DNA from: Nostoc sp. DedSLP01
GTDB lineage: Bacteria > Cyanobacteriota > Cyanobacteriia > Cyanobacteriales > Nostocaceae
Reading direction: 5' to 3'
DNA: 64,000 bases
NCBI GenBank assembly: GCA_034530875.2
Contig: JAVRCJ020000018.1
Location: 32,001 to 96,000, forward strand
The notes beneath the pieces were generated by a model. It was not told where the DNA came from, did no database searches, and was given only the letters and a program-made list of their open reading frames with translations. A program made the translations under genes and the position numbers. Shown piece after piece: positions 61,231 through 64,000 of this stretch; within the stretch, counting starts at the first letter, position 1, and every line of letters starts with the position of its first letter.

Positions 61231-61265
61231 GCGAGCAAAAGTTATATCGTTGGGCATATACTCAA
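61231..61265. promoter_or_regulatory. Candidate tandem operator upstream of the regulator
   Basis: TTGGGCATATACTCAA (61250-61265) plus a weaker copy 19 bp upstream. Confidence 0.5.
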
Positions 61266-61314
61266 AATTATCTAATTATTCTTTTGGTAGGTACATAGTT
61301 TTGGAAGGTGGGAT

Positions 61315-62307
61315 ATGGGAGAGCCTTTGTTAGAGGGGCGCGATGCCAATAAAGGTGGCTTGCCCCTTAGATCCCGCAAATTAGATCTAGCTGCTCATGC
61401 TGCTTGGCTCTATTACATTGCTGGTAATACGCAAGAAGAAATTGCAGCAAAACTCAATGTATCCCGGCAAGCTGCACAACGCTTGGTGGCGCTGGCGGTG
61501 AGTGAAAAATTGATCAAATTTCGCCTCGATTATCCGCTGAGTGAATGTATTGGTCTAGCTGAGTCGCTGCGCGATAAGTTTGGGCTGTCGCTTTGTGAAG
61601 TGGTTCCAACTGACGCAGGTAATGGCGATACACTCAATGGAATTAGTGTGTGTGCTGCGACCCACTTAGAAACTTACCTGATGGCGAAAACCCCGACCAT
61701 ACTAGCGTTGTCTTCAGGTCGCACATTGCGGGCAATGGTGGAGCAAATTCCCTCAATGAACCAACCCCAGCATAAAATTGTTTCCATTATTGGGAATATG
61801 TCTCACTATGGGCGTGCAGGTCGCCACGAAGTAGTGATGCATTTGTCCGATCGCGTGGGTTCCCAAGCTTACCCAGTGCCGACTCCGGTTGTCGCCACTA
61901 GCGTTGAAGAACGAGAATTATTGCAGACTCAGCGATCGTTTATGACCGTTAAAACTCTTGCAGAACAAGCCAAAGCAACATTTGTTGGTATTAGCGAGAT
62001 TGCCTGGAATGCGCCCTTACATCAAAACGGCTTTATCAATGATGATGAAGTAGCTGAATTAATTGAACTGGGGGCAGTAGGAGAAATCGCGGGTTGGGCT
62101 TACGATCGCTACGGAGTATTGCTGCAACAAGGAACGAATACCCGGGTTGCTAGCGTACCACTCGAACAACCGGCTTCTCGGTTGATTGTTGGTGTAGCAG
62201 GCGGCGTGAAAAAGACAGAAGCGATTCTAGCTGCTTTACGCGGTCAGTTAATTACAGGATTGATTACCGATGAAGCCGCCGCCCAAGCGATTCTGATTAA
62301 AATTTAG
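61315..62307 (+). CDS. SorC/DeoR-type sugar-binding transcriptional regulator
   Basis: AAWLYYIAGNTQEEIAAKLNVSR HTH; GAVGEIAG, AGGVKK, GLITDE. Confidence 0.9.
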   Translation: MGEPLLEGRDANKGGLPLRSRKLDLAAHAAWLYYIAGNTQEEIAAKLNVSRQAAQRLVALAVSEKLIKFRLDYPLSECIGLAESLRDKFGLSLCEVVPTDAGNGDTLNGISVCAATHLETYLMAKTPTILALSSGRTLRAMVEQIPSMNQPQHKIVSIIGNMSHYGRAGRHEVVMHLSDRVGSQAYPVPTPVVATSVEERELLQTQRSFMTVKTLAEQAKATFVGISEIAWNAPLHQNGFINDDEVAELIELGAVGEIAGWAYDRYGVLLQQGTNTRVASVPLEQPASRLIVGVAGGVKKTEAILAALRGQLITGLITDEAAAQAILIKI

Positions 62308-62311
62308 ACAC

Positions 62312-62614
62312 TCAAAAGCGATCGCGTCCAATATGAACTTGCCACTCTACGACTCTAGCAGAATCGGATAGCATACCATCTCGCACCCGAGGACTACTGT
62401 TGACAATAGCTTGAGCCTCTTCCAGATTCTCTGCCTGAATAACCCAAAGCCCAGTTCCATCATGGGGAAAAAACGGCCCGCAGCACAGTAGCGTTCCTTT
62501 TTCGTACTGCTCGTTAAACCAAGCAAGTTGATTTTGGTCATGCTCTGGGTGAGCCTTTTTATAGTCATAATATTCTTCAACAGTCGCAACCACAACGGCA
62601 AAAAGCTTAGACAT
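62312..62614 (-). CDS. YciI-family protein
   Basis: H...L.W....E.G.LL..GPF...G.GL pattern. Confidence 0.75.
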   Translation of the reverse strand: MSKLFAVVVATVEEYYDYKKAHPEHDQNQLAWFNEQYEKGTLLCCGPFFPHDGTGLWVIQAENLEEAQAIVNSSPRVRDGMLSDSARVVEWQVHIGRDRF

Positions 62615-62713
62615 AATATTTTTGTTAGCTGTTAACGATTTGAGATGAGACCCCCACCAAATCTACGATTTGGTGCAAAACAATCAGTCGCGGGTCTGAA
62701 TAAGAGACTTTCT

Positions 62714-62775
62714 TGTTCTGACTCCTGTTAGCGTAGCGGGGCGTAGCCCATTCTGAATTCTGAATTCTTCTTCAA
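62714..62775. repeat. 62-bp dispersed repeat, copy 2
   Basis: Near-identical to 48673..48734; overlaps the stop codon of the symporter gene. Confidence 0.8.
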
Positions 62776-63695
62776 GAATTTTTACGCCAAATTGAAGCTA
62801 TCAGCGAACCTGTAAGATTGTGACAAACGCTGAATATTGCTCCTGGTAACGCTGCTAGTGGTTCAAAATGGGCGATCGCTAATGCTACAGCTAAACCAGA
62901 ATTTTGCATTCCCACTTCTATGGAAATTGTACGGCAAATAGGTGTTGATTGACCTGTAATAACTGCGCCGATATAACCCAAGATTAAACCCAAAACATTA
63001 TGTAAAATTACCGCTACGATTACTATTGGCGCTATCAATAATTTATCGCTATTTAAGCCCACAACTGTAGCAATAATCCAAACAATTGCGAACATAGAAA
63101 CTAGGGGTAATACTCCTTCTATTAAGAATTTACTAGGAGTCCAAAAGCGCCGAATTACAATTCCTATTAATACAGGTAATAGTACAAATTGGACTGTAGT
63201 CATAATTAAAGATAACGGTTTTATTTCAACCCAATTTGATCTGAGTAACCAAATCCAAGCAGGGGTCATAATTGGGCTGATGAGTGTAGAAGCAGTAGTT
63301 AAAGCTACAGATAGAGCTACATCGCCACGAGCCAAAAAAGTAACTACTTCAGAAGCTGTTCCTCCAGGACTGGCACCAACAAGAATCACGCCCAATGCCA
63401 ACATCGGTGGTAATTTGAAAACTGTTGCAGCTAACCATCCTAACAGTGGCATGATAGTAAACTGGAGCAACACTCCCAAGATTAAGGCTTTCCCAGCATT
63501 TCGTAAGCTTTTTAATTGCTCGATAGTGATTGTTAAACCCATTCCTAACATCACTATTCCCAGTGCTGTTGCAATATTACTACTACCACTTGCGGCAATT
63601 TTTGGGAACAAATAACCAGCTATTGCACCAATTAATACCCAAACAAAAAATAAATCTTGACTGAACTTGATGAGACGATTAATTTGGTAAGACAT
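62772..63695 (-). CDS. Bile acid:sodium symporter (BASS) family transporter
   Basis: MLGMGLT, QFTIMP, PGGTAS, IEVGMQNSGLA motifs. Confidence 0.92.
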   Translation of the reverse strand: MSYQINRLIKFSQDLFFVWVLIGAIAGYLFPKIAASGSSNIATALGIVMLGMGLTITIEQLKSLRNAGKALILGVLLQFTIMPLLGWLAATVFKLPPMLALGVILVGASPGGTASEVVTFLARGDVALSVALTTASTLISPIMTPAWIWLLRSNWVEIKPLSLIMTTVQFVLLPVLIGIVIRRFWTPSKFLIEGVLPLVSMFAIVWIIATVVGLNSDKLLIAPIVIVAVILHNVLGLILGYIGAVITGQSTPICRTISIEVGMQNSGLAVALAIAHFEPLAALPGAIFSVCHNLTGSLIASIWRKNS

Positions 63696-63771
63696 TTACT
63701 GTATCTGGATGTGTCATAACTTTTGCAGACTTGGGAATTATCTGAACCCTGACTAGCAAATGCTCTACTGC

Positions 63772-64000
63772 GTGACGTACTCCACACACTCACCCGAAGG
63801 GGAGTGTGGACTTCTCAACGACTCCTCTATGAGGACATTGATTGAGCTTTAAGACCGTGCGCCCCACGGTTCTTTATGTTTATAGCTGCGTTCAAATCCC
63901 TGCAAATACTTGTATGGCAAACAGGGCAATTATGTATTCTCTGGGATAGCGGCTTTTTAACTTTGTGACCACAGCTAGAACACTCTTGGCTTGTGCTATT
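63772..64000 (-). mobile_element. Right end of an IS200/IS605-type element (partial)
   Basis: tnpB C terminus followed by hairpin TCCACACTCCCC-TTCG-GGTGAGTGTGTGGA and terminal GTCAC on the minus strand. Confidence 0.75.
63827..64000 (-). CDS. tnpB: TnpB RNA-guided endonuclease, C-terminal 57 aa (truncated by window edge)
   Basis: Manual translation NSTSQECSSCGHKVKKPLSQRIHNCPVCHTSICRDLNAAINIKNRG...: zinc ribbon plus RuvC-III motif. Confidence 0.9.
   Translation of the reverse strand, partial: NSTSQECSSCGHKVKKPLSQRIHNCPVCHTSICRDLNAAINIKNRGAHGLKAQSMSS

Noticed and set aside
1853..63615. Many 60-160-aa ORFs nested in or antisense to recognised genes
   Set aside because: Shadow ORFs with no independent motif or RBS support.
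1..64000. Frequent GCGATCGC and heptamer tandem repeats
   Set aside because: These are the known HIP1 and STRR-type repeats of cyanobacteria; used only as a taxonomic clue.

Overview
64-kb window from a filamentous cyanobacterium, probably Nostocales (abundant HIP1 GCGATCGC, heptamer tandem repeats, phycoerythrin linker genes). In order: (1) 0.2-17.5 kb, an all-plus-strand carbohydrate/redox cluster of unknown function: SnoaL-like proteins, VOC protein, aquaporin with altered NPA motifs, glucose-dehydrogenase-like SDR, GH63-like hydrolase, glgX, AGE-epimerase-STAS fusion, AraC, receiver-TrxR fusion, cNMP-histidine kinase, LtrA; (2) IS5 remnant, nucA/nuiA, dacB and a PEP-CTERM protein; (3) a cpeC-cpeD-cpeS-cpeT-cpeR cluster with no cpeE, followed by an atypical coiled-coil linker; (4) a GT39-like glycosyltransferase and a 1999-aa Ser/Thr kinase-ATPase-GAF-GAF-His kinase whose second GAF has DXCF cyanobacteriochrome motifs; (5) an orphan locus around an 898-aa HTH/helical-repeat protein; (6) PAS kinase, divergent DUF62 enzyme, double-glycine-leader peptide, hydrolase; (7) a polyol (mannitol/arabitol/sorbitol-type) uptake and catabolism cluster with candidate operators; (8) the 3' end of an IS200/IS605-type tnpB. 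Intergenic DNA holds many MITEs and nested small repeats. No rRNA, tRNA or CRISPR array was recognised. All calls come from motif recognition by eye; no searches were run.
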